This document shows positions 1-9,102 of a DNA stretch of 64,000 nt, in pieces (the stretch's first letter is position 1; each line of letters starts with the position of its first letter). The notes below the pieces were generated by a model, which saw only the letters and a list, made by a program, of their open reading frames with translations, was not told the origin of the DNA and did not search any database. This DNA is from Thermoanaerobaculia bacterium (GTDB taxonomy: Bacteria; Acidobacteriota; Thermoanaerobaculia; UBA5066). Both the position numbers and the translations under genes were made by a program. The stretch covers positions 64,001 to 128,000 of the forward strand of contig CAWFJJ010000025.1 of the NCBI GenBank assembly GCA_963816185.1. The letters run 5' to 3'.

Positions 1-167
1 TCGAACCACCCTCCGAGCGTCGCCTCTCCGGACCGCAATGCGAGCGAGCCGCCGAGGTGAAGGACGGCCGTACCGGCCACGATCAGGGGAGCCGCCTTCT
101 CCGACGGCGTCACGAACGCCACGAGAGCGGCGAAAAGCGGCACGATGATGAGCGCGAGGAGCAGCAT
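1..167 (-). CDS. hyfF: Hydrogenase-4 component F-like / NuoL-type antiporter-like subunit (N-terminus only, runs off the window)
   Basis: Manual translation MLLLALIIVPLFAALVAFVTPSEKAAPLIVAGTAVLHLGG...; hydrophobic and directly downstream of hyfE in the usual hyfBCEF order. Confidence 0.7.
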   Translation of the reverse strand, partial: MLLLALIIVPLFAALVAFVTPSEKAAPLIVAGTAVLHLGGSLALRSGEATLGGWF

Positions 168-170
168 TCG

Positions 171-812
171 TCAGTCCCGGAGCTCCGCGAGCCGCTCCGT
201 GTCGAGCGAGCCGAACTCACGCTGGATGTGGTTCATGACGATTCCCATGACGAAGATCCCGACGAGAAGGTCCAGGAGGACGCCGACTTCCACGAGCGTC
301 GGCATGGCCTCGTGGAGAAGCTGCGCGAAGACGAAGATCCCGTTCTCGAGGATCAGGTAGCCGGTGACCTGCGAGATGGCCTTGCGGCGCGTCGTGAGGA
401 GGAGAAACCCCGCGAAGAGCGTCGAGAGGGCCACCGGCACCACGAGGAGGTCGCGGTGCGCCGGCTGGAGCGGAAGACGGCTCGCGAAGAGCGTCGTGGC
501 TCCGGTCCCTGCGGCGAGAAGGAGCACGGAGGGGACGAGCCCCAGGTACGGCTCCATTTCGTGCTGGATGTGCACCTCGCGGAGGGCCCTGGTGAGCATC
601 CCGGGAATCACGACGGCCTTGACGATTCCCGCCACGCTCACGAGGCCGAGGAGGCGCAGGGACGGCGCCGGCGTGAAAAGAAGCGGGAAGACGCTCACGA
701 AGAAGCCCTGCAGGGCCGCGGCCCGGATGCACGCCTTCAGGTTCGAGGTGCCGAGCGCGAGGAAGTTCATCGTGACGGCGAGGATCAGGGCGGAGGAGGC
801 GGCTTCTCGCAT
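171..812 (-). CDS. hyfE: Hydrogenase-4 membrane subunit HyfE-like
   Basis: MREAASSALIL...RRKAISQVTGYLILENGIF...EVGVLLDLLVGIFVMG; start at ATG 812 after GAGGAGG. Confidence 0.88.
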   Translation of the reverse strand: MREAASSALILAVTMNFLALGTSNLKACIRAAALQGFFVSVFPLLFTPAPSLRLLGLVSVAGIVKAVVIPGMLTRALREVHIQHEMEPYLGLVPSVLLLAAGTGATTLFASRLPLQPAHRDLLVVPVALSTLFAGFLLLTTRRKAISQVTGYLILENGIFVFAQLLHEAMPTLVEVGVLLDLLVGIFVMGIVMNHIQREFGSLDTERLAELRD

Positions 813-814
813 CG

Positions 815-1723
815 TCACCTCCTCACGAGGAGAACGACGGCGAAGCCCGCGAGAAGCGTCGCGGTCACGAGGAGCTGGGGAACGCGGGCGAGCCGGAGCC
901 GCGCCATGCTCGACTCGACGAGCCCCACGACCACGCCGGCTCCGGCGAGGCCCGCCACGAAGAGGACGAGATCGAGGGCGCTTCCTCCCGCGCGCGCCGG
1001 GATCAGGAGCGTCACGAGCAGCGTCGCGAAGACCGTGAGCTTGAGGGCGGCGCCGTACAGGATGAAGCCGAACGCGGGCCCCGCGTGGTCGAGGACCATC
1101 GCCTCGTGGATCATCGTGAGCTCGAGATGGGTGTTCGGGTCGTCGAAGGGGAGTCGCGCGTTTTCGGAGAGGAGCACGATGAACCAGCTCGCGAGGATGA
1201 GGACGACCGATGCGCTCGCCTTGTGCCATGCGCCCGCCGCACGGACGTCCAGCATGCCCGTCAGGGACAGGGAGCCCGAGAGGCGCGTGAGAGCGAGCAT
1301 TCCGAAAAGGAGCGCCGGCTCCGCGAGGGCAGAGAACGTCACCTCACGTGCGGCGCCCATCCCTTCGAAGGGCGACCCCGTGTCCATGGCCGCCGTGGCG
1401 ACGAAGAAACGCGCGAGCGCGAAGACGGCGACGAAGAGGATCATGTCCCCTTCGAACGACAGCGGTGCAGGCCGGCCCGCGAGGGGCAGGAGGAGCACCG
1501 CGACGAGCGGCGCCACGACGGCGAGGATCGGCCCCGCGAGAAACACCCACGTCGTCGTGCGGCTGGCGACGAACCCCTTGCCGAAGAGCTTGACCAGGTC
1601 GTAATAGACCTGGAAGAAGGGTGGTCCCGTGCGGCCTGCCACGAGCGCCTTCGTCTTGTTGATCACGCCGAGGAGGAGCGGCGCGAGCGCGAGGACCACG
1701 AGGAGATTGGCGATCGAGCTCAC
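815..1723 (-). CDS. hyfC: HyfC/HycD (NuoH-like) membrane subunit
   Basis: GRTGPPFFQVYYDLVKL, DTGSPFEGMGAARE and ENARLPFDDPNTHLELTMIHEAMVLD motifs; GTG start overlaps the hyfB stop (GTGA). Confidence 0.9.
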   Translation of the reverse strand: MSSIANLLVVLALAPLLLGVINKTKALVAGRTGPPFFQVYYDLVKLFGKGFVASRTTTWVFLAGPILAVVAPLVAVLLLPLAGRPAPLSFEGDMILFVAVFALARFFVATAAMDTGSPFEGMGAAREVTFSALAEPALLFGMLALTRLSGSLSLTGMLDVRAAGAWHKASASVVLILASWFIVLLSENARLPFDDPNTHLELTMIHEAMVLDHAGPAFGFILYGAALKLTVFATLLVTLLIPARAGGSALDLVLFVAGLAGAGVVVGLVESSMARLRLARVPQLLVTATLLAGFAVVLLVRR

Positions 1724-3702
1724 CACGACCAGCTCCACGCGAGGAGCACGACGAGCGTGACGACGATGTACAGGAGGTAGGTCTGGACGCGGCCGGCCTG
1801 GATGACGTGCAGGAGCTCCAGGAGCGAGCGCCCACGCGCGAAGAGAGGCAGCAGAGCGCGATCCAGAGCCGGATCTCCCGCATGGCTTTCGAACCGCGGA
1901 CCGTCCGCGGGGAAGGGGCCGGTCAGGCGCGGCCGGTGTTCGTCGGGCAGGACAGCCCAGCGAAACAGCCTCACGAGCATTGCGGCGAACGAAGAAGACG
2001 TGTACTGGATCCGCGGGCTCCCCGAGGCGTACCCGCAGCCCCACGTCGTCGTCAGCGCGGCCGGCCGCATCAGCGCCAGGCCGGCGACGCCGGCAGCGGC
2101 CATGACGGCGAGCAGGAAGAGGGGCATCCAACCGAGGGCACCGAGGTCGGCGCTCGTAGCCGTTGCGGCTTGCGCCCCGAGGAGGGCGCCCGCCGCGCGG
2201 CGGCTTACGCCCGACGCGCCGTTCGGCCAGAGGCCGATCACGGCGCAGGACAAGCCGAGGGCGCCCATCGAGAACCGCATCGAGCGGGCCGCGTCGGCGA
2301 CTTCGCGCGTCGCGTGAGGCCCGCGCGCCGTTCCCAGGAAGACGGCCGAGAAGGCCTTGACGAAGCACGCAACCGCCAGCGCGCCGATGAACGCGAGCGC
2401 CGGCGCGGCGGCGGCCGCTCCGAGCATGTCGATGCCCCCGCTCGGGCCCGTGAGGGCCCGAAAGCTCGCGAGAGAGATCAGCCACTCGCTCACGAAGCCG
2501 TTGAGAGGCGGCAGGCCCGAGATCGCGACGGCGCCGAGAAGAAAGGCGGCTCCCGTGAAGCGCATGCGCCGAAACAGGCCGCCGAGCGCGTCGATCTCCC
2601 GGGTCCCGGTCGCGTGGATCACGGCGCCGGCCGCATGGAACAGGAGCGCCTTGAAGGCCGCGTGGTTCCAGACGTGGAGGAGGCCGCCCGCGAACCCGAG
2701 CACGGCCCAGTCGAGCCGGTGCTGCGCCATCCCGAGCACGCCCACCCCGAGCCCGATCAGGATGATGCCGATGTTCTCGATCGAGTGGTACGCGAGGAGG
2801 CGCTTGAGGTCGTGCTGCGCGAGCGCCATCACGACGCCGAGGACGCCCGACGTGATGCCGAGGGCCACGAGCGCGAGGCCCAGCCATCGCGGATAGTCCG
2901 GCAGCATCGAGAGCACGCGCACGAGACCGTAGATCCCCATCTTCAGGACGACTCCCGACAGCAGAGCCGAGACATGGCTCGGGGCCGCCGCGTGCGCGCC
3001 CGGAATCCAGACGTGGAGCGGGATCACGCCCGCCTTGAGGCCGAAGCCGGCGAGCGCGAGGAGGAGGATCGGCGTGATCAGCGGGGAGGAGCCCAGCGCG
3101 GCCGAGGGTGCGAGGAGCCACGCGCCGGTGGCGTCGCGGAGCAACGCGAACATCGCGAAGAGGATCAGGGTGCTCGCGTGAGCCGATACGAAATAGATCC
3201 ATCCCGCGCGGAGCGCCGCGGCGTCGTCCTGATCCGTCGTGACGAGGAAGAAGGCGGCGAGCGAGACGATCTCCCAGCCGGCGAGGAAGCTCCAGGCGTC
3301 GCCGGCGACCATCACGAGCGCGAGACCGGCCGTGGCGAGGCCGTAGAAGAAGCGGAGCTTGCGCCCGTTCTTCGGGTGATGCGCCTCCACCCAATAGCCC
3401 TCGCCATAGATCGAGCCGAGTCCGGAGACGACGAAGACCGGCACGAGGAAGAACGCCGAGAGGCGGTCCAGCGTGAAGGTCAGCGCGCCGCCCGGCAACG
3501 GCCACGCAAGCCGCGCCGTCGCGATGTTTCCCGCGAGCGCGAAGCCCGCGGCCGCGAGGCCGAGTGCACAGCCCAGGACGTGGCACCACGTGGCGATTCG
3601 CTGTCCAGCGCGAGCTCCCGGAGGAAACAGCAAGCCGGGGAGTCCGCTGAACCCGACGAGGGCCGCCGCGACGGCCAGGAGCTCGAGCGTCGTGGGCGTC
3701 AT
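1720..3702 (-). CDS. hyfB: HyfB/NuoL-like proton-translocating membrane subunit
   Basis: GLKAGVIPLHVWIPGAHAAAPSHVSALLSG, DLKRLLAYHSIENIG, NHAAFKALLF, GLPPLNGFVSEW, TWGCGY. Confidence 0.92.
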   Translation of the reverse strand: MTPTTLELLAVAAALVGFSGLPGLLFPPGARAGQRIATWCHVLGCALGLAAAGFALAGNIATARLAWPLPGGALTFTLDRLSAFFLVPVFVVSGLGSIYGEGYWVEAHHPKNGRKLRFFYGLATAGLALVMVAGDAWSFLAGWEIVSLAAFFLVTTDQDDAAALRAGWIYFVSAHASTLILFAMFALLRDATGAWLLAPSAALGSSPLITPILLLALAGFGLKAGVIPLHVWIPGAHAAAPSHVSALLSGVVLKMGIYGLVRVLSMLPDYPRWLGLALVALGITSGVLGVVMALAQHDLKRLLAYHSIENIGIILIGLGVGVLGMAQHRLDWAVLGFAGGLLHVWNHAAFKALLFHAAGAVIHATGTREIDALGGLFRRMRFTGAAFLLGAVAISGLPPLNGFVSEWLISLASFRALTGPSGGIDMLGAAAAAPALAFIGALAVACFVKAFSAVFLGTARGPHATREVADAARSMRFSMGALGLSCAVIGLWPNGASGVSRRAAGALLGAQAATATSADLGALGWMPLFLLAVMAAAGVAGLALMRPAALTTTWGCGYASGSPRIQYTSSSFAAMLVRLFRWAVLPDEHRPRLTGPFPADGPRFESHAGDPALDRALLPLFARGRSLLELLHVIQAGRVQTYLLYIVVTLVVLLAWSWSW

Positions 3703-4370
3703 GCGCCGGTCTTCTCGAGGGTTCGTGCCATTTCGATCAGGGCGGCAGCCGAAGCGCGGCCGCGAATCGCATCGCGAACCCCCGGGTGCTTGAGGAGAAA
3801 CGCGATCTTCGCGAGCATCTGGAGGTGAACGCGCGTGGTCGGGCTGACGAGAAAGAAAAGCGCGAAGACCTTCTGGCCGTCCGGTGCGTTGAAATCGACG
3901 GGCTGACGGAGAAGCGCGAGGGACAGGGACGGTTCGTCGGCGGAGAGAGCGATCGGATTTCGGACGTGAGGAATCGCGATTCCGTCGCCGACCGGCACGA
4001 CCGCCGCGGCGCCCCGGGCGAGGAGGAGGTGGAGAAGCGCGTCGCGGTCTCCCTCGTCGTCGAGCTTCAGCAAGGCGATGATCGACCGGAGCGCCTCCTC
4101 GCGCGTCGCTCCGCCGACGTCATGGAAAACGCCTCCGCGCTCGAGGCTCTCGGCGACCGAGGGAATGCGCTCGTCCTCGTCTTCTTCGTGGAACAACGCG
4201 GGGTCGACGGAGAGGTTGCGGGAGGTCGCCCATTCGAGGAGCTCGCTCCGGTTGATGCGGTACCGGTCGTCGATGCGGTATGCCGGAAGGCCGCCGGATT
4301 CGATCCACGCGTACACCTTCTCTTCGGGGGCGTGGAGGAGCGCCGCCGCCTCCCGAACCGTTACGCGCAT
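3699..4370 (-). CDS. Excisionase-type HTH fused to a PTS EIIA(Ntr)-like domain
   Basis: N-terminal TVREAAALL..KVYAWIESGGLPAYRIDDRYRINRSEL; C-terminal GDGIAIPHVR (phospho-His motif), PVDFNAPDG, HLQMLAKI. Confidence 0.9.
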   Translation of the reverse strand: MRVTVREAAALLHAPEEKVYAWIESGGLPAYRIDDRYRINRSELLEWATSRNLSVDPALFHEEDEDERIPSVAESLERGGVFHDVGGATREEALRSIIALLKLDDEGDRDALLHLLLARGAAAVVPVGDGIAIPHVRNPIALSADEPSLSLALLRQPVDFNAPDGQKVFALFFLVSPTTRVHLQMLAKIAFLLKHPGVRDAIRGRASAAALIEMARTLEKTGA

Positions 4371-4380
4371 GGGGTCTGCT

Positions 4381-5097
4381 TCACCGCGGCACCGACGCCT
4401 TCAGGCGTTCCTCCGCGTCCCGAACGGCCGCGATCACCTCGTCGGGGCCGGCGCTGGCGGTGATGCGCCGGATCAGGTCGGCGTTCCCAAAGAGCTTCAC
4501 TGCGCGCGAGATCGTGAGGAGATACCCCTGGGTCGTCCGGGCGAGGATGACGAGGATCACGCGGGGCCGGTTGCCGTTCGGGTCATGGAAGCTGACGGGC
4601 GCGCGCATCACGGCGAGCAGGATCCGCTTCCGCGAAAACCGGAAATCAGCTAGCTCGTTCGGGTGTGGGAACGCCGCGTCCTCGACGAGCGCGGTCGAGC
4701 AGAGGAGCTCGCGCGCCCGGATCGATTCGTAGAGCGCATTCCGGTCGACGCCAGGCTCGAGCGCCGCGCGCGTGACGATCCAGGAGAGCAGCTCGTCTCG
4801 CGGCTGCACCGGCACGTCGAGCCACACGTTCTCCGGCAGGAGGAGCGGGTGGATGTCGATCTCCGAGGGCGCGAGCTCCTCGAGAACCGCCTTCTGCCCT
4901 TCGATCTCGACCTTCTTGACCCGTTCGTCCAGCCAGCCGTCGATGTCGTGCTTGCGAAACCGCCACTGTGCGCCGATGCGGGCTGCGGGCAGGAGGCCCC
5001 TGTCGAGCATCCGGTAGATCGTCTTCTCCGAGACCATGAGGTACTCGGAGAGCTGCTTGATGTTGAGAATCTCGCCCGTCTGAGACTCTGGGCCCAT
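4381..5097 (-). CDS. Second excisionase-type HTH / PTS EIIA-like fusion
   Basis: LNIKQLSEYLMVSEKTIYRML..LPAARIGAQWRFRK; ARELLCSTAL..AAFPHP; ATG 5097 preferred over GTG 5127. Confidence 0.88.
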   Translation of the reverse strand: MGPESQTGEILNIKQLSEYLMVSEKTIYRMLDRGLLPAARIGAQWRFRKHDIDGWLDERVKKVEIEGQKAVLEELAPSEIDIHPLLLPENVWLDVPVQPRDELLSWIVTRAALEPGVDRNALYESIRARELLCSTALVEDAAFPHPNELADFRFSRKRILLAVMRAPVSFHDPNGNRPRVILVILARTTQGYLLTISRAVKLFGNADLIRRITASAGPDEVIAAVRDAEERLKASVPR

Positions 5098-5117
5098 GCC
5101 TGCTTTCTTACCATCGA

Positions 5118-5182
5118 TGGACAACACTAGACATCAATGTACATCACAGACCATTCAAGGACAAGGGGTATCTCACAAGACA
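5118..5182 (-). promoter_or_regulatory. Sigma70-like promoter (TTGTCC-N17-TACATT) overlaid by 10-bp-phased TGTC repeats
   Basis: -35 at 5164-5159 and -10 at 5141-5136; GACA-like units on the + strand at 5120, 5130, 5140, 5149, 5160 and 5179. Confidence 0.6.
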
Positions 5183-5219
5183 CTTATTTGGCTCGGTTTT
5201 CTGGTTTCCGGAATCCTCT

Positions 5220-6389
5220 TCAATACCTGGGCAAGGTCGGATCGATCTCCGCGGCCCAGCGGTTGATCCCGCCGGTCAGGCTCCGGACTTTGCGGAAGCC
5301 GGCGTCCATCAGGAACTGCACCGCCCTGGCGCTGCTGATGCCGAGGCGGCAGTGGACCACGATTTCGTCGGCCGTGGAGAGCTTGTTCAGGTTCGCCGGA
5401 AGAGTCCCGAGCGGGATCTTGACCGAGCCGGGAAGCTCGGAGATCGCGCTCTCGTGCGGCTCACGCACGTCCACGAGGACGAACGGGTCGCCGTCGTCCA
5501 TCATCTTCTTCAGCTCCTGCACCGTGATCACGGGCACGCCGCTCTCTCGTTTCTCCTCTTCGTGCGCACGCGGAATACCGCAGAACTCCTCGTAATCGAT
5601 GAGCCGCGTGACCGTGGGATTCGAGCCGCAGATGACGCACTCGGGGTTCTTGCGCAGCTTGAGCGTGCGGAAGCTCATGGCGAGCGCGTCCACGAGGAGC
5701 AGCCGTCCGACGAGGGATTCGCCGGCTCCGAGGATGAGCTTGATCGTCTCGGTCGCCTGGATCACGCCGAGAAGACCCGGCAGGATCCCGAGAACGCCGC
5801 CCTCCGCGCAGGAGGGGACGAGCCCCTGCGGAGGCGGATCCTGATAGAGGCAGCGGTAGCACGGGCCCTTCGGCGCCCAGAAGACCGAGGCCTGCCCTTC
5901 GAAGCGGAAGATCGAGGCGTAGGCGTTCGGCTTCCCGAGAAGGACGCAGGCGTCGTTCACGAGGTAGCGGGTCGGGAAGTTGTCGGTGCCGTCGGCGACG
6001 ACGTCGTAGTCGCGGAAGATGTCGAGCGCGTTGTCCGAGGAAAGGCGCACGGCGTGCGGGACGACCGTCACGTTCGGGTTGACGTCCTTCAGGCGCTCGG
6101 CCGCGGACTCGAGCTTCGGCCGCCCGACGTCCTTCGTGCCGTGCAGGATCTGCCGCTGAAGGTTCGAAAAGTCCACCACGTCGAAGTCCACGAGGCCGAG
6201 CGTGCCGACGCCCGCGGCCGCGAGGTAGAGCGCGAGCGGCGAGCCGAGGCCGCCCGCGCCCACGCACAGCACGCGCGCGGCCTTCAGCTTCTTCTGCCCG
6301 TCGAGGCCGACCTCCGGCATGATGAGATGTCGGGAGTAGCGCTGAAACTCCTCGCGGCTGAGGTCGTCGGCGCGGACGGGAACGGGCAT
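5220..6389 (-). CDS. moeZ: MoeB/ThiF adenylyltransferase fused to a rhodanese domain (MoeZ-type)
   Basis: RYSRH, GAGGLG, SNLQRQ, DGTDN, CYRC, PSCAEGG, CVIC; C-terminal rhodanese DVRE...HCRLG...GGINRW. Confidence 0.95.
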   Translation of the reverse strand: MPVPVRADDLSREEFQRYSRHLIMPEVGLDGQKKLKAARVLCVGAGGLGSPLALYLAAAGVGTLGLVDFDVVDFSNLQRQILHGTKDVGRPKLESAAERLKDVNPNVTVVPHAVRLSSDNALDIFRDYDVVADGTDNFPTRYLVNDACVLLGKPNAYASIFRFEGQASVFWAPKGPCYRCLYQDPPPQGLVPSCAEGGVLGILPGLLGVIQATETIKLILGAGESLVGRLLLVDALAMSFRTLKLRKNPECVICGSNPTVTRLIDYEEFCGIPRAHEEEKRESGVPVITVQELKKMMDDGDPFVLVDVREPHESAISELPGSVKIPLGTLPANLNKLSTADEIVVHCRLGISSARAVQFLMDAGFRKVRSLTGGINRWAAEIDPTLPRY

Positions 6390-6862
6390 CACGCTTCTCC
6401 TTCTCTCGAAAGCGTCGTGACGAGCTCCCCCACGAAGCGGGGGCATTCGATCTCCACCCTCTCGAAGGGAAGCTCGGGGGCGCGGATCTCCCACGCCCCG
6501 ATGTCTCGCGCCCGACCTTTCTGGACGGAGACGATGACGGTGAGGAGCCCGACCCAGGCGCAGGAGAGGTCCGTGGCGGAGGGACGCGCGGGGTGGTCCG
6601 GATGGCTGTGCCAGAAGCCGAGGAGGCGGAGACCCTGCGCATCGGCCTCACGCTCCACGCGCAGGTAGTCCTCGGGCGAGACCTCGAACTTCACGCGCGG
6701 CGTTTCCCTTTCGGTGTTCGGGAGCGGCAGCATGACGCGCGCGTGGCCTCTCTCGCCCAGCAGCGCACCGCAGCCCTCGAACGGATACGCCGACGAGGCC
6801 TCTCTCGCGATGTCCTCGAGGAGGACGTGATCGATGCGGATTAAGGACCTCTCCGGCGCCAC
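6389..6862 (-). CDS. mec: JAB/MPN+ (Mov34, Mec-like) metalloprotease
   Basis: YPFEGCGALLG...GFWHSHPDHPARPSATD JAMM motif; start uncertain (GTG 6862 chosen for its RBS). Confidence 0.88.
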   Translation of the reverse strand: MAPERSLIRIDHVLLEDIAREASSAYPFEGCGALLGERGHARVMLPLPNTERETPRVKFEVSPEDYLRVEREADAQGLRLLGFWHSHPDHPARPSATDLSCAWVGLLTVIVSVQKGRARDIGAWEIRAPELPFERVEIECPRFVGELVTTLSREGEA

Positions 6863-6937
6863 GCTCGCCTTCCTTCGTCTCCGAGCGGAAGTCTGCCTCT
6901 TCTCGGCGCACGCCGACAATCTTTTCGAGACGACGTC

Positions 6938-8479
6938 TCAGCGGAGCCGGGTCCAGTCGATCCTCTCGACGTCCCAGGTGTTGTCGATCCACAGATTCGG
7001 TGGCGGCAGCGGCTGCAGCGTGACGGTCACGCGCCAGACCTCGTTGCGCGGATAGGCGGCGAGAAGCTCGGCGCGCTTTTCGGGCAGGTCGCGCGCGAAA
7101 ACGCGCGGAGCGCGCCGCGGATCGGGTCCGTTCTCGAGCAGGAAAGATCCGTACGTCCATTCTGCGGTGTTCCCCGCGACGAGGACGAGGGCCGAGGGCC
7201 CGACGCCGGCCGCCGCGAGCCGGCGAAGCGGTTCCCCGGTATGTGCGTGGTACGCGTGTGAAAGGGCCTCGGCCTGCTCGGGCAGGAGCGTCGCGAGGGG
7301 GAAGAAGGCGAGGAAGACCACGGCGGCGGCCGTGCCCGCCGTCCGGAACCGGCCGAGGCGGAAGCGCTCGAGCAGCGACGCCGCAAGGCGACCCGCCGTT
7401 CGGAGCGCGCGCGCGACGAGGAGCGCCAGGGCTCCGAGCGCTTCGAACGCATATCGAGGACCCGAGTGGCTGATGTCGTAGAAACGAAAGAAGCTGAACC
7501 CGGCGACGAGGGCGAGAACGCACGCGGCGAGCCACGCGTCCCGCCGTCGGCCCGGCGCCGGAACGAGAAGGAAGAGGAGCGGGAGTAGATCTCCCCAGGG
7601 GAAGCCCCAGACCGTAGCGTCGAGATCGTGAAGGAACCAGGGGAAATGCGCCCAGAAGAGCTGCGAGAAGGAAAAGCCGAACGCGAAGGACGAGACCGAC
7701 AAGGACAGGGACGGGTCGTTGACGACATACCCCATGCGGAAGGGATGGCCCGAAAGGGCGAAGTTATAGGCGAGGAGGAATGCGAGAGGCGCCGTCCCGC
7801 CGAGCCCGAGAAACCCGATCGAACGCCCGAGCTCCTTGCGGCGGGCGACGAGAGCGGCGATCAGCGCGGGCAGCAGAAAGAGCACGGCGGCCTGCGGGCG
7901 AACGACGACTCCGAACGCCCCGAGAAATCCGGACGCGAGGAGCGGACGTGCGCCGCTTCCCTGGCAGCTTTCCGCGAGGAACACGAGACACCACGTGAAG
8001 ACGCACAGGCTCGCCACGTGGGGCATGAAGTCGGCTCCCATGAGCAACGCGAACGGCGAGACGGCAAGAAGGAGCGCTCCGAGCGTTCCGGTCGCCTCGT
8101 CGTAGAGGACCGTTCCGAGGCGAAAGACGCCGAGGATCGTCAGGCCGAGCAGGATCGGATTGACGAGGAACGGGGCGCCGACGAAAAACCCGGCGGCCAA
8201 GAGCAGCGGGAAGCCGGGGGGATAGAGGCTGCACCAGCGGGTCCCGCTGAGGAGAACGTTCTGGCTCTTGAACGCCTCCGGGACGGGCGGTGGCTCGAGC
8301 CACGGGCGGCCCGCCGCGAAGATCTTCCCCTGAAAAGCGTACGAGACTCCGTCGGCGACGTGCGGAACGCCGCCGAATACACGTTGTCCGAGGAAGGCGC
8401 TCACGGCCGCCGCGAAGACGGCGAGACCGGCGACGAAAACGACAGGCCGGACGGGCCAGGACCTCGGAGGCGCGCTCAA
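6938..8479 (-). CDS. GT-C superfamily (ArnT/PMT-like) membrane glycosyltransferase
   Basis: Multi-TM; PHVADGVSYAFQG, YPPGFPLLLA, GPRY motifs; TTG start overlaps the upstream stop. Confidence 0.75.
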   Translation of the reverse strand: MSAPPRSWPVRPVVFVAGLAVFAAAVSAFLGQRVFGGVPHVADGVSYAFQGKIFAAGRPWLEPPPVPEAFKSQNVLLSGTRWCSLYPPGFPLLLAAGFFVGAPFLVNPILLGLTILGVFRLGTVLYDEATGTLGALLLAVSPFALLMGADFMPHVASLCVFTWCLVFLAESCQGSGARPLLASGFLGAFGVVVRPQAAVLFLLPALIAALVARRKELGRSIGFLGLGGTAPLAFLLAYNFALSGHPFRMGYVVNDPSLSLSVSSFAFGFSFSQLFWAHFPWFLHDLDATVWGFPWGDLLPLLFLLVPAPGRRRDAWLAACVLALVAGFSFFRFYDISHSGPRYAFEALGALALLVARALRTAGRLAASLLERFRLGRFRTAGTAAAVVFLAFFPLATLLPEQAEALSHAYHAHTGEPLRRLAAAGVGPSALVLVAGNTAEWTYGSFLLENGPDPRRAPRVFARDLPEKRAELLAAYPRNEVWRVTVTLQPLPPPNLWIDNTWDVERIDWTRLR

Positions 8480-9054
8480 AGCCCGAGGTGTTGCGCGACG
8501 ACGTCCGGGCTCGCGATCAGCGCGCCGGCCTGCCGCTTCTTCACGCGGCCGTCGGGCCCCGTCACGAGGAAGTGGGGCACGCCGCGAATGCTCATCTTTC
8601 GAGCCCATGCGCCGGAAGCGTCGACGAGGACCTCTCGCCCGATCGCGCGAGCCATCTCCGCGCATCTCGGCATCGCATCCATGCCCACGACGAACGTCGT
8701 CTCGATGCCGCGGTCCTTCACGAGGTCGGCGAGCGCGCGGTCACCCGGAAGCGAGGCCTTGCACGGGCCGCACCACGGCGCGACGTAGACGATGAGGCAT
8801 CCCTTCGCGCCGCCGCACTGCCCGGCGCGTGCGTCGCCGGCCGGGGTTCCGTCCGCGGCGAGGCGCGGCAGCAAGTCCGCCGCGATCTTCGTGGGCGCCC
8901 GCATCAAGAGCCACGCCGCGGCCGCGAGAGCGAAGAGCCCGAACAGAATCGCCCGGCCCGACGGGCCCATCGGAGGCGCCGGGCGTCCCGCATCGAAACG
9001 CGACGGCGGTGTTGCGCCTGCGGCAGGTCCGGGCGGCGGCGTGAGCGTTCCCAT
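8476..9054 (-). CDS. Membrane-anchored thioredoxin-like (TlpA family) protein
   Basis: TM segment, then YVAPWCGPCK and a GVPHF cis-Pro loop. Confidence 0.8.
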   Translation of the reverse strand: MGTLTPPPGPAAGATPPSRFDAGRPAPPMGPSGRAILFGLFALAAAAWLLMRAPTKIAADLLPRLAADGTPAGDARAGQCGGAKGCLIVYVAPWCGPCKASLPGDRALADLVKDRGIETTFVVGMDAMPRCAEMARAIGREVLVDASGAWARKMSIRGVPHFLVTGPDGRVKKRQAGALIASPDVVAQHLGL

Positions 9055-9102
9055 GGCGCCATTTTCGCACCGAGGCGCCTTCCTTCCCTAGAATGGAGCA
9101 CG

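Noticed and set aside
3699-5097. Excisionase-like domains as evidence of a prophage or ICE
   Set aside because: They are fused to EIIA domains in a metabolic operon; no integrase or phage genes are present
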